This document shows positions 44,452 to 58,741 of a DNA stretch of 64,000 bases, in pieces; positions within the stretch are counted from its first letter, which is position 1, and each line of letters begins with the position of its first letter. The notes below the pieces were generated by a model. That model ran no database searches. It was not told the origin of the DNA and was given only the letters and a program-made list of their open reading frames with translations. The position numbers and the translations under genes were made by a program. Source of the DNA: the human T2T-CHM13v2.0 reference genome, Homo sapiens; NCBI RefSeq assembly GCF_009914755.1, contig NC_060930.1. One strand, 5' to 3'.

Positions 44452-44815
44452 AAAATTTTTTCCACCTTTATTGAGATATAATTGACAAATAAAAATTGTA
44501 TATGTTTAAAGTAGACAACATGATGTTTTAATATATGTATACATTATGAAATAATTACCACAATGAAGCTAATTAATATATCCATCACCTCACATAGTTA
44601 CCTTTTTGTGTTTGTGTGGTGGTGGGTGGTGGTAGGAATATTTAAGATCTAAGCTCTTAGAGAATTCCAAGTATAGAATACATTTTTTAAATTTATTGTT
44701 ATTTCAATAGTTTTGGGAGTACAGGTGACATAATGCATTATTATTAACTATAGCCACCATGCTGTACATTCAGTCTCCAGAATATATTCATCTTACAGCT
44801 GAAAGTTTGTACCCT
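44452..44815 (-). mobile_element. L1MA9/10-like 3' end with a small nested insertion
   Basis: tttattgagatataattgacaaataaaaattgtata...ccatcacctcacatagtta...ctgaaagtttgtaccc. Confidence 0.8.
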
Positions 44816-45659
44816 TTTATCTTACTTGTGGATAGGGAAAAAGAAGCATCAAAATGTCAGGACAGATGTCAGGATCACTGAGGTACCAAGTAAACAAGAT
44901 GGAAGAAGATCATTACAGGCACGAGAAGAGCAGCTCTAGGGTCCTGAAAGATCCCTTCCTCTCACCACCTCATCCTTTCCAGCTCCAATGCCCAGTTCGC
45001 CTGTGACCTGACCTAAAAGACCAAATTGCTCTCTGGAGTGAATCTGGAGTAGTTTCCAAGGCCCCAGATTGAACTGAAGGCTGAGATTGCTCTAGGCATG
45101 CACTAGAATCTAGCAGTTGATTCTAGCCCATCTCAGATTCTTGTGGAGCAGAGTAGACAGGAAGAGGAAGCAAGGAGAGCAGAGACTGTTAACACTGACC
45201 CATGTTTAGATTTTCTGCTGTCATTCTAGATTCTCAAGATATTAGTATGGGTTTGAATCTTCAAAACTGAGACAGATTGAGAGACAACAATAAATAGTGA
45301 TGAGAACCTTTAATTGAATATTTGCTAGTATAACTTTGATCAGGCTTTTCTGTAAAATTAGACTAGTATTAGCGACCCTGCCTACAAAAAACAAGGTTCT
45401 AAAATAGCAATATGTGAATCTGAGTCTCAAGTAAATATGGGTAAATATTATCGCAAGGCTTGCAAAATTGTAGGCAGTGACCTGGAAGAGCATGTGGAGT
45501 TACTTTAATGAACAGCATCTGATTAACCAGACCCATGGAGACTCTGGCTCAGTGGCTGATAAAGCCCTTAGATACATACCATTTTAAAACCACAATGGGA
45601 TATCTTGAGGTTAAAAGTAAACCACAAATATCTCACAAAAATCAAAGGAACTATGTATA

Positions 45660-47215
45660 CTCATTAATATTTTTCCCATCCGTATCCTTCTGACCATTTC
45701 TTCCACCACCTTGGTAAGTCAGGACCTCCTCATTTTGCACCTAGACTACTGCAGTAGTCCCCTACCTGTGTTCCCTGCTTTCAGCATGGCTTAAAGATGA
45801 ACCCATCTTAATACAAGTTACTCTTTCCAAGGCACAGCTCTGCTTATGCTATTCTCTGGGAAATCTTCCCGTGGCTCCCAGCTAACTTAGCATCCAGGGC
45901 AGGCCATAAGGCAGCCCCGCCCCTACTTTCCACTTCTCCGCCTCACTTTCCCTGCACACCAACAAAACCGCACAGTTCGTGTTTCTCATATTCACTGTTA
46001 CTTCTGCCTCTGAACGTTTACTCAAAATTGTCCTCCCTAGACATTCAAAACCTCATATCCAACCCTCTCATTTCCAAATTCCCTTATCCTTCAAGAATCA
46101 GCCCTACCCCGTCACCCATAGCACCTTCTAGCTTATGCTATAGTTATTTTTCAATATTCCATATCTTCCTGGCTAACATAATAAATTCCCCTCCAACACC
46201 CATTTGTCCAGTCCAAGGTAGCTTCTCATTAAAGTTTTTTTTTTACTACATAATTAATAATGTTGACTGAAAAATATAATTCTTTTTAATGCAATGTGTG
46301 GAGTATCATCTGGCTTTGGATTTTATTAACATGTGATAAAACTATGAAAATATTCACAACTTCTTAATTGAACAGCTTTTTACTCTGGGATTTGTTTTAG
46401 CGTGCAATGGAAGACTATTAGTATTTAAAATTTCTCTGAGAGTGCAGCTGTATTAACATTACAGCTATAAAGGAAAAGCACAAACAGGCCAAACAAATGC
46501 TTTGAGAGAAGAAAAACAAGCCAAATTACTTACGATTATTTTCTCTCTGTGCACAAGGAGCCAAAAATTACCAAACAGTAGGCAAAAATAAAAACTTCAG
46601 TTTTTTAATCTCTTAAATGCAAAAGCTACCCACCTGCTTCTCTGTTGGTGGCAAGTTCATTGAATGCCAGGCTAGGAACAAGCTGCTCAAAAGAAGGAAT
46701 CCGTAGGAGACCACTTAGGCTGTTACCCAGTGTTCTCAAATGTGGGGCCTTCATGGAGACAGTTCCTCTCCTTAAAGCTTGAGTGTCTCAGGTTCACTCT
46801 CATTCGTCCCCTTGCCTGGTTCTGACCCCTCTCTCAGCTGTCTCTTTTTGTTTTCTCCACCTTCATCTTCGGAACCTTCACCAAGAACTTTACAACAGAG
46901 GTAAGACAATCAGCTCCATCCATTTCCCTTCCTTCTGAAAGCAAGTCAATTCCCGTGGCCCATAAAGCATGGTTTTCGTTGTCTTTAGCTTAATTGTCAC
47001 TCTTTCTGGAGGGCCTTTCCTGATGTCCCGATTAGGAAGTTAGGCACCTACCCTTCATTCTCCTTCATGACATTCATAATTATGTTTCATTTCTGCCTTC
47101 CTCTCAAAACACTGTAAGCCCCCCAAGAGCAGAAACAGTATTTGTTACTGCTCTATGCCTGGCACTTGATAGAGATGCTCAATAAATATTCATTGTGAAT
47201 GAATGAATAAACAAA
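45660..47215 (+). mobile_element. Fragmented L2 (about 45660-46150 and 46995-47215)
   Basis: cacctagactactgcagtag... and terminal gctcaataaatattcattgtgaatgaatgaat. Confidence 0.55.
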
Positions 47216-47811
47216 TGCAAGTAACAGAGTCCAACAATTTGTAGGTTTACGAGGGTGGCATTTGTCTATGTGTGCAAATGCATTTATATCTAATCATTGC
47301 CAGAGCACAATTTCATATATGCCTAAAAGTCAAGGAAGAGACATCTACTTGAACCTCTCTGGGACTAGCAGGACTTGACAGCAGCTACCTGGAAACAAAA
47401 TACTACAGCTCGTATTTCTCAGTTTGCTTGTAGGGTTTTCTCAGTTTGCTTTGAAGATGCCATAAAATTATGTTATTAACCATTTCTCCTATACAATTAT
47501 TTACAAATCAGCTTATCAAATTAGACGTTTGCTTCACAAAACCACCTTTGAGGCTAAATCACAGGGCTAGAATAATATAAAAAAACTGAAATTGTCATCT
47601 TTTTTCCTCATCTGAGAAGTCATACTAATGATTATGAGTGTCTTGCTAATTTAAAAAGAGACTTTGGGCTTGATTTGGCTATTTCATAAACTTCTATTGT
47701 AGTTAATGGTATACTCTGTAGCCAGGGAGTGAGAAGGCATCACAAAGCATCTAATTGAATCCCAGGGTGCCAGGAATATTGCTGCTTTAACTTCAATTTC
47801 AGAAGCATTGT

Positions 47812-48638
47812 AGGATTCTGCTTAAAATCGGCTCACCCCTTCCATATACCCTGAAGCCATACATGTTGCTTTCCAAAAAAACCAAACCAAACCCAACAGC
47901 AAACAAGAAATTCAGGGTATACAACCGTATATCAATTAATATTAAATTATAGAGTTCAGTGTCTCAGATTCTATTACATGGTGATCATGTAACGTTTTCA
48001 TCTAAATAGTTTAGTTTATTCTGGATTTTTCAAAGTCTGATTAGGCATAAATTTCAGAAAGATCAGATTTCTAGAATAGCAGCTATTATGGAACAGTTAA
48101 TATTTCAGATTTTAACCACTAAGATATGCTCTTTATTTTTTATCAGTTCTTAGTAACAATGTGAAAATAGTATTTCCCCCTGTGATCTTCAGAGTTCTAA
48201 CTGGTGGTTTACAACAAGGTCACCAATTTTACACACCACTGCCAATGGCTTCCTCAAAGTTCACAATCCAGTGATTTCCATAAAGGCTTTTTTTGTTTGT
48301 TTGTTTTAAGTTTTATCCAGGCATGTCTATATGTGGCTCTTTCCTTATTTTTAGCCAGTCTGACTTAATAGCAGTTCAGAAGGAAAGACTCTTCTACCTG
48401 CGAGGCAATACAGCAATTCCTGTTTCCATTGCACAACAGCACAAAGGCCTTGCCCATAATATTATACTTAATGCTGGGAAATGTGACTGACTCCCCCAGG
48501 ATGACTCAATAACCCTTAGAGCAGATGTGCACCTTGGATTCCATGTTTGCTGTTTGGGTTTGGTTTGGTCCTTTTAGAAGGCAAGATGCATGGTCTCAGA
48601 GTAGATAGGAGAGGTGGGATGACTCCGAACCAAATACT
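47812..48638. repeat. Degenerate inverted repeat, arms 47812-47923 and 48526-48638
   Basis: Manual alignment: 82/113 identical with 1 gap; 24 of 30 mismatches are transitions. Confidence 0.85.
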
Positions 48639-49105
48639 GAACAGAAATGAAACGTTATTGATGCTCCTTTACAAAGCCATCATTTTCTTATTATAGCACC
48701 CACAAATATGAGAGATTCAAAGCCCTTAGAGAACATGAATGTGGCACTTTGGATCTTTGAATAAGTTAATGAAATAGGCATAGCCTGGGCAACTGCAAAA
48801 GAATAGATGTTCAGCCCTTTCGCTATGCAGGTGCAAACCAGTTATGAAAACAGATATTTAAAGTTTTTACTAAAAATCCTTTTTAGGATTTTTAAAAAAC
48901 CTTCAGGTATGCAATATATCCTGTTACACAAAGTCTCATGATAAATACTCTTTAAAAAGAAAAAAAGTTGAATATCACTTAGCAACCGAAGAACAAAAGC
49001 AGAAGAAATGGAGAGACAGAGCACAAAGCTGAAGCTAGGGAAATATGAATACTGGTTACATCCTTATCAATGACTCCCTGAGTATTCCTTTGGATAACCA
49101 TAACC

Positions 49106-49402
49106 TTTTTTTTTTTTTTTTTGAAATGAGGCCTCACTGTGTCACCCAGGCTGGAGCACAGTGGCACAATAGATGGTAGCTCACTGCAGCCTAGAACTCC
49201 TGGCCGCAAGTGATCCTCCCATCTCAGCCTCCCAAGTAGATGGAACCACAGGTGTATGCGACCACACCCAGCTAATTTAATATTTTTTATAGAGATAGGG
49301 TCTTGCTATGTTGCCCAGGTCTCAAATTCCTTACTTCAAGCAATCCTCCCACCTCAGCTTCCCAAAATGCTGGAATTACAGGTGTGAGCCATTGCACCCA
49401 AC
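49106..49402 (-). mobile_element. AluJ
   Basis: Diverged full Alu with J diagnostics and a polyT start. Confidence 0.92.
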
Positions 49403-50306
49403 ACAACAACCATGTTTTTTCTCTGTAGGAATTCCTCCACACATTGGGAATGTATCTTTCTCCTTCATTCACAGAAATGTTCTAGATAATAAGATGAGGC
49501 ATGCATGTAAAATTTTCAGCTTAAAGCATCTTCAAAGGAACAATTTACCCATTTTTCTCCAAACCAAATAATCCCAATTCTAAGTGAGACTTTATTGAAT
49601 TTATTTCTGTTTCTCAGCCCTAATCATCTGCCTTTGCTGATTTCCATTGCCCACTTTCAAATCCCTACTAGACTTTATGAAGACCTGTATACCCAAAGCC
49701 CAGTGTAAATATTTTTAATTGAAATGAAGGCATGAAATGTGTTAGAATTTAACATAAAACCTAAAACTACATAGGACATTCTAATTAAGACTTGACTAGC
49801 AATATCTAGGGACTTCTATGCCGGAAGCATAACTAGAATTAAAGTGTTTGACTTCTTCTTTTTAACTTTTTTGGTTTGCTTTGGTTTTGTATTCTATTTC
49901 AACTATTCTAAGTGTGATTTTTGACCAGCATTTAATGTTGATATAGATGTGGCTTCACATCTAAGCAAGGAAGGTGTTTTTCAAGTGCTGGAAGTGAGCT
50001 GCCAGTATTTCCCACACATCAGGCCTTGTTTTTTCAACACCTTGTGGATCGCTAATTGGAGTTTGCATAATCTACCGCCAAATTGCAAGCATTCCTTTGA
50101 GATGAGTGGAACACACACTTCCCTTCCAGAATCAATGAAAAGAGAAGGTCAGGAAGAGGAAAAGCAGCAAACAATGATCTAATTAATTTAGAAGAAACTG
50201 AATTTCTGGTTCTTGATTTCCTTCAGAAGAAAAAAATGAAATGCCACCTGAAAGGAATGTTTGTGATTCATGTTTTAATCCCCCAAACAGTTCAATTGTT
50301 AGCTGC

Positions 50307-51435
<1,129 letters not shown>

Positions 51436-53888
51436 CTGCCCATAGCAAAGGAGAAAGAAATAATTTTGAAATAACTTTAAAATGTGCTTTTGCTTTAAAG
51501 GCTGAGGAGCTGGAAGCAGTAAGCAAGCGGGGACAAATCATGAGGAGAAAACACTCTCAGCATGCAGTGAATCATCTTTAAACCATTCACAAGCACGTGC
51601 ATAAGTAAATATGTACATGTGAGGCTACACTGATCAAATCCATGGAGGAATTAGAAAATAATCAGTAGTGAATGCATCCTCCATCAACAAGTCCTAATGG
51701 TTTCCCCTTCAATTCAGTCCTTGAAATTGTACAGTTCAAAACTGTCTCAGAAAAGCAAGGCTAATATTCTTTAAAAAGCATTTGATTATATAAATGTGCA
51801 GAGTTTTTAAGGCATTCAAGAATACAGTTATTGCCTATTTTAAATTTTTGAAATTAATATCTAGCCAATTAAAACAAACTAGGTCTTTTAAATGAGTCAT
51901 TTTCAGCTTTTTTAAACACTTAGTTCTATAATATACAGTTATAAAGTGTGAAAAATTATCTTCAATTTTTGTTTGTTTTAAATTACTGTTAAAATCACAA
52001 TATCTTCATCAGAAAATAGAGCAGAGATGAATTGCCTTGGTAAAAATATCACAAAAATTAATGTTAAAAAATTCAGAATGGTAAATGAAGTGCTTAAAGA
52101 ATCAGTTTAAAAGATGGCAAATCTCTTTTTCTGTCTATTGATCAATGAAACTATCTCTAATCCGAGTCATCATTAAAGTGTTATGCAAACAGAAATCTGA
52201 ATTCAAATGAGCACAAAAGACCCCAAAACTTTAAGTATATTAAACTGATAAATATCAAAAAATTAGAAATTCCCCCAAGAGTCAACTCTTTCTCAGCATA
52301 CATATTAAGTTGCAGGGAACTGATCAGTTGAATAGCTCAACTCAACTATATTCAACTGTATTCAGCTGCACTGTATCTTAAAGTATGAAAGCCTATATAA
52401 AAAAAAAAAAACAGAAGATTTAAAATGAATTTTAAGAAACAGCTACTTAAACTCAAAACCAGTTGATAAACATACCTTTTGATGCAACAACAGGAACAGT
52501 GTAATTAAAAGTGGATTAAGTCCTTGAATTCCAATTGAACAGGAGAGGAAATCCAATATATTTGAATTCTTTTGGGTTAGAATCTGTCAATGATATTAAG
52601 GCAAATTATTTATAATTTCACAATGATATCCAGTTAGAATATTTATTAATCTTTATAAATACCCATCCAATTTGCTTTCAGGCCTATATTTTTCACATTT
52701 TATATGACTATAATATGTCATTCTCAAATAATATTAGCATAATCAAGTCTCATGAATAACAATATTGTTGAAAAAATATTAAGTGTTCTCTAATCTGCTT
52801 TTTTTATTTTAAAAGGTTAGTTAATGGCATTGATCCAGATAGAATAGCATTTTAGTCCTTCTTTCATGATTTAATTCATTTAATTTAAAAAACATTGAAA
52901 ATTTTTTAATACGTTAAGATACTAGAAAACACACTCTCATTTAGAATGGCATTCTTTAAATGTATTGTTAATAATTTGCAACATATTGACTTTTTTATTA
53001 TGACCAAACTAAAATACCATAATAGATTGATTTTCTTACGTGATAATAACAGCAAAGATTTGAATCAAAAAAATCTAAAGTCAGTATAAAACAAACTACT
53101 TGGGCTTACGTAGGAACCAAACCCAAACTCTTGTCCAAATGAACAATTGAAATTCCTGTTGAGGTTTTGAAAAATCTCCACCACCCCATCAAGTGCCCTA
53201 CTTTTCATGCAGCTCAACACTTCCAAACAGAGCCAGCATGAGGAGCCCTGAGATCCCTGTGGTCGGCCCTTTCCCAAGTATTCCAAACCCACGCCTGGAC
53301 CAAGAAGCTCCAGGAATCTCATCAGAAGCCTTGACTCCAGGAGGTTTCGAGTTAGATTTCCAAACCAGAGAGGTTTGGAAAAGAGCATGTTGAACCTTCG
53401 ACCCACTCTTGACTTGCCCATCTGTATTTCAGTTACAGGCACTCACCTAAGAGTACTGACTTCTCTCATGACAGCTGCATAGTTAATGTGCCATTTCCAC
53501 TGTAAGAAACTTGGCTGGGGCCAGTCAAGATGGTTCAGTTTAACAACCTAATAAATATATTGAAAATAACCAGTGAAAACAAAATTACAGAGACTGCCTT
53601 GTAGCTCAGCTGCCATCGTCTCTGTAGCCAACCTCAGCCTTCACCTCAGCATTGCACAAAGTTCAGAATCACTAACATATCAGAAAGGTTGGACAAGAGG
53701 AAAAGTAAACTGGAAACACACACACACGTGTGTATACATAAGTTTAATTCTGAAGTATTGAGAATTTTATTTTCAAAGTGCTAGAAAGGCAACAGAGAGA
53801 TAGTTCATTTCACAATTACAGAAACACCAAGAAATTATAAACTTCTCTGGATGTCAGTTTTCTTACTGGAAAAATTATGTTAAAATTA

Positions 53889-54057
<169 letters not shown>

Positions 54058-54073
54058 TGAGTGCAGCATTCTA

Positions 54074-54380
54074 ATGTTTTAAGGATTAAATGACATGATC
54101 ATATAACAATGCCTAACAAGGTACACAGTGCAGTAACAAGTAAATGTATTTTAGCTTTTTTCCTTGGTTTCCATTAACATTTTTTTCCTTCAGTTAGTCA
54201 TTCTAAAAATATTTATTAAGCATCTATTATGTTTTAAGAATTAAATGAGGTGACCCTACAACAGTGCCTTAAAAGGTACACAGCACAAAAACTAAATATA
54301 TTTTAGCTTCTTCCCTCAGTCCCCTTTAACATTTTTTTCATTCAGTCAGTCATTCTACAAATATTTATTGAGCATTTATT
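54074..54380. repeat. Old tandem duplication of ~155 bp (MIR 3' end + L2 tail junction)
   Basis: Units 54074-54228 and 54229-54380 are colinear (atgttttaag.attaaatga...aaggtacacag...tattttagctt...gtcattcta.aaatatttatt.agcat). Confidence 0.9.
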
Positions 54381-54609
54381 ATGTAGCAGGCATCATAATT
54401 TGTCTTGAATATATAATGGCAAATACAATAAACACAGTTCCTGCCCTTAATGGGGAAAACAGAAAATAAATAGGCGGGGAGGCGAGGAGAGAGAAAGACA
54501 AATCGAAATTGTCCTAAGTTCTGTGAAGGACCTAAACAGGGTACAGGGAGAGGAAATGGTGGGAGAGGGGCACCTGGTTAGATAGCTCATGGCATAGCTG
54601 ATACTTTAA

Positions 54610-54741
54610 TTTTGTTTTTTAAGTAGAGATGAGTTCTTGCTGTGTTGCCCAGGCTGCTCTTGAACTCCTGGGCTCAAGCGATCCTCCTGCCCTGGCCTAC
54701 TAAAGTGCTGGGATTCTGGGTGTAAGCCACCTTGCCCAGCC
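54610..54741 (-). mobile_element. FLAM_C / AluJ left monomer
   Basis: ttgcccaggctg..cttgaactcctgggctcaagcgatcctcc...aaagtgctgggat...gcccagcc. Confidence 0.88.
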
Positions 54742-55621
54742 CTGTTTATTTTTCTATTGATCTTAAGAAAGAAAAAGATGTCTTCTAATAACTATTTTAC
54801 CTTAATCAGTTTTAAGACAAGCTTTGCAGAGCTCCATGACCCTCTGAAGAGACCGTGGCCACCTTGTAGGTTAGAGTATTTCGGACAGATGGCTGTACTA
54901 CTGAGAGCTTTTCTGGACATGGCCGTTCTGGCTAACTTTCATCTTGTCATTACATTTCCTTTTCTGAGAAAGGTTGCAAGGGTGGTTTTGACAGAGTGAT
55001 GCTGTTGGTATTTAGAATCCTGACTTTCTTGATCCTTTTCGGTGGAGCTGCGGGACACATGTGCGATGGAAACTGGCCTGGTTGCCATGGTGGATAGTGT
55101 TCTGACAACAGTCACATGGGTCAGGTGTCCGTTTTGGATCTTTCAGGCCTGTCAGCAGCTCCTGATAAAGCTAGCCATGTGGTTTTTCTTGGCTCACCTG
55201 TATATCCTGGTAGGAACAGCTAAGAGCCACTCAACGCACCCTTCTCTTTTTGGAGAAACCCCAGGGAGTTGTGTTGCTTGGGGCTGGGCCGCTTGGAGAC
55301 CATGTTCTTTGTCTTTTTGGCCTGCTCTCGGGGCTAAGGAGCATTGATGGAATATCTGAGATGGTGGCGTCGGCAGGGATGGCCATGCTGAAGTCTGTTC
55401 ATATCACACAACTAGGGCCACAAGCAAAGTCCTCCATCTGAATGACATTCAGGGACAGTCCATAAACTCAACGTGTGCACAGAGTGCCTCCGTACGCCAT
55501 GCATTGTGACAGGTCCTGGGGTAACAGATCTGAAAGACTCCTTCTTTGTGTGTAAAGAACATGATTGGGTTAATTAAGTAAAAGTGAATATTTTCTTTAC
55601 TGAGTCATAAAATTACGGGCA

Positions 55622-55991
55622 TATGTCTTAATCAGCTAAGGCTGTCATAACACAGCACCATAAACTCAATGGCTTAAACAACAGAAACTGATTTTCTCAC
55701 AGTCTTACAGGCTGAAAGTCCAGGATCAAGGCATCTGTGGAGTTGGTTTCTTCTGAGGCCTCTCCCCTCGGCTTGTAGATGTCACTTCTATGGTCTTCCC
55801 TCTGGGCCTGTGTCCTAATTTTCTCTTCATACAAGTGCACTAGTCATAATGGATTAGGGCCTACTCCAGTGGCCTCATCTAACTTAACTGCCTTTTAAAA
55901 GACCCCATCTCCATATAGGTCACATTCTGAGGTGCTTGGGTTAGGATTTTAACATACGAATTTGGCAGGGGACACACTCTAGCCCATAACA
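55622..55991 (-). mobile_element. MLT1A/B MaLR solo LTR
   Basis: ggctgtcataaca...ggcttaaacaacagaaa...ggtcacattctgagg...cccataaca. Confidence 0.85.
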
Positions 55992-56275
55992 GCATTTTTA
56001 CAGCCACACATAGTAAAAATCTGGAAATACACCACCACATGTATCAGAGTATAAGTGGCAAAGGTTGATCATGATACGTATCTCTCAGTTGAGAATTTCA
56101 GCGTGATTTCTAAAAACTTGTTGTGAAAGTACAATGCGCAGAAAACTGAAATTTCACCAAAAGTCCCATATCTGAAGCAAATAAAAAAATTTAGTTCCCA
56201 TATTCTTTCCAATAGAAATAATTCCTTCGTGGAGAATTTATGCCTATCTCGTTCCTATGACAAAAAGGAATTTGG

Positions 56276-56495
56276 CCAGCCTGGCCAACATGGTGAAACC
56301 CTGTCTGTACTAAAAATACAAAAAAATGAACTGGGCACGGTGGCACACACCTGTAATCCCAGCTACTTGGGTAAAAGAATTACCTGAGGTAAAAGAATCA
56401 TTTGAACCCAGGAGGTGGATGTTGCAGTGAGCCAAGATCGCACCACTGCACTCTATCCTGGGTGACAGAGAGACCTTGTCTCAAAAAAAAAAAAA
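56276..56495 (+). mobile_element. 5'-truncated AluS
   Basis: Starts at ccagcctggccaacatgg; has an A-tail and an internal GGTAAAAGAAT duplication. Confidence 0.9.
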
Positions 56496-56529
56496 GGCGG
56501 GGGGGATTTGGGGTTTTTTTGTTGTTTAA

Positions 56530-57223
56530 GGGTTTTTTAATTTTTAATTTTTGTGGGCACATAGTAAGGGTATATATTTATGGGTACATGAGATATTTTG
56601 ATACAGGCATACAATGCATCATAATCGCATCAAGGTAAATGGGATATCTATCACATCAAGCATTTATTTCTTTCTTTGTGTTACAAGCAATCCAATTATA
56701 CTTTTTAAGTTATTTTTAAATGTGTGATAAATTTTGTTGACTGAAGTCACCCTATTGTGCTATCAAATACTAGATCTTATTCACTCTATCTAATTATATT
56801 TTTGTACCAATTAACCATTCCTCCTTCCCACTACACTTCCCAGCATTTGGTAACCATCATTCTACTCCCTATCTCCATGAGCTCAATTGCTTCATTTTTA
56901 GCACTGACAAATAGGTGAGAATATATAAAGTTGATCTTTCTGTGCCTAGCTTACTTCATTTAATCTAACGACCTCCGAGTGAATCCATATTGTTGCAAAT
57001 GACTGGATCTCATTCTTTTTTATGGCTGAATAGTACTCCATTGTGTATGTGTCCCACATTTTCTTTATCCATTCATCTGCTGGTGAACTCTTAAGTTGCT
57101 TCCGTATCTTGGCTGTTGTGAATAGTGCTGCTGTGCACATGGGAGTGCAGGGAGCTTTTCAATATACTGATTTCTTTTCTTCTGAATATATACCTAGAAG
57201 TGAAATTTCTGCATCATATGGTA
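56530..57223 (-). mobile_element. L1MA (MA2-5-like) 3' end
   Basis: tttttaatttttgtggg.acatagta...gatacaggcat; ORF2-tail peptide AALFTTAKI..WIKKMW..YTMEYYSAIKKNEI. Confidence 0.88.
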
Positions 57224-58440
57224 CAAAAAATAATTTAAGGGAATCTGGATTTCTTTTCTCTATGCAAGATCATTCAATTGTTTCCTCTAGTAAGGAAAAA
57301 CTTCTGAAACAAATTCACAAAATTAATCAAGATTTTTGTTAATGAATAAAGTGTTCTCAAGCCACCGTCTCAGTCTGTCTTTCTGGGTGCTTTACCTACT
57401 GTCTTCTCTTGGGTGCTTTCCTTCTGACATAGCAAGAGCATATTTCAGACAATTGTAGACTCAAATATTTCAAAGCATTAAAGGAAAAAGGGGCATCTGA
57501 AAATTATCTTGATGTTCTCTGACAGCTCTAATACTATATAAATTATTACTAATGTACTAAGATTTCAAAGTGCTAGGCAAAGCGTCCCCAACCCACTGCA
57601 GATTCTCACAAAAAGGAAAACATGCTGAACTGTATTCCTTGGAGCTGTTGATGACTTCTCTTTGTACGTAATGAATGAGATGTTGTAGAAATAGCACAAT
57701 CGCTGGAACACACTCAGGAATATGATGCTCCTCAGTCTCCCACACTTGATACCAAGGATCCTAGCTGTCCCATTGTCTACCTCAGCTGTAGGGGGTTTGT
57801 GTGCTCTAATTTGCCCTGGCACTGCTTTATCATTTAAAAACTTAGTTCTGGGTGAAGTGTGGTTGCATATTGCAATTCAGAGTGCCTTCAATGCATACTG
57901 TTTCATGGCCATCTCTTCTCCCTTGTTTCCCCTTCCCTTTTATTCTTTCCTTCTTCTTGGAGTCCCTCTTATTTGAGTGATCCCTGAAAAGGGTACTCAC
58001 TGCTAAGAAGAACGACCTGGGTTACATAACAAGTCCTTACAGAACAATGCCTCAAGAGGAGGTACGGCTAGTCAAGGCACAGAAAGCAAAATCTAGCCCT
58101 AACGACATTACTCCTTTACCTAGGATCTTGATTATGTATCTCATTTTCTGTGACTTGACTTCTACATCTTTGCAGGGATGACATGTTTTGTCTCCATTTT
58201 TTATACGGCAGATAAATGTGGTAGGTTGAATATACCTGCTTACCCCAAAGCCTTTGATAGAATAACAGTAAAAAATGAATGAACTCACAAGAATAAAGAG
58301 TGGAAAAGGAAACGTCAATCAGCCAGAGGTACAATGGGAGGATGGAAAGTGGATAGATGTATAGTGACTGAGTTATATTTACTTCTTGGTACCACTAAGT
58401 GCCTGCAGAAGAGAGAAGCCTAACCAAAATAAACTGATGC

Positions 58441-58741
<301 letters not shown>

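Noticed and set aside
46838-46900. Possible + strand cryptic exon (ctctctcag ... GAG|GTAAGA)
   Set aside because: No resemblance to PDE7B coding sequence; such site pairs are common in long introns
51700-53050. Very AT-rich block; considered a decayed hAT transposase (faint HC..HQ-like motif on - strand) or a matrix attachment region
   Set aside because: The motif needs a frameshift and nothing else supports it; a Dfam or translated search is needed
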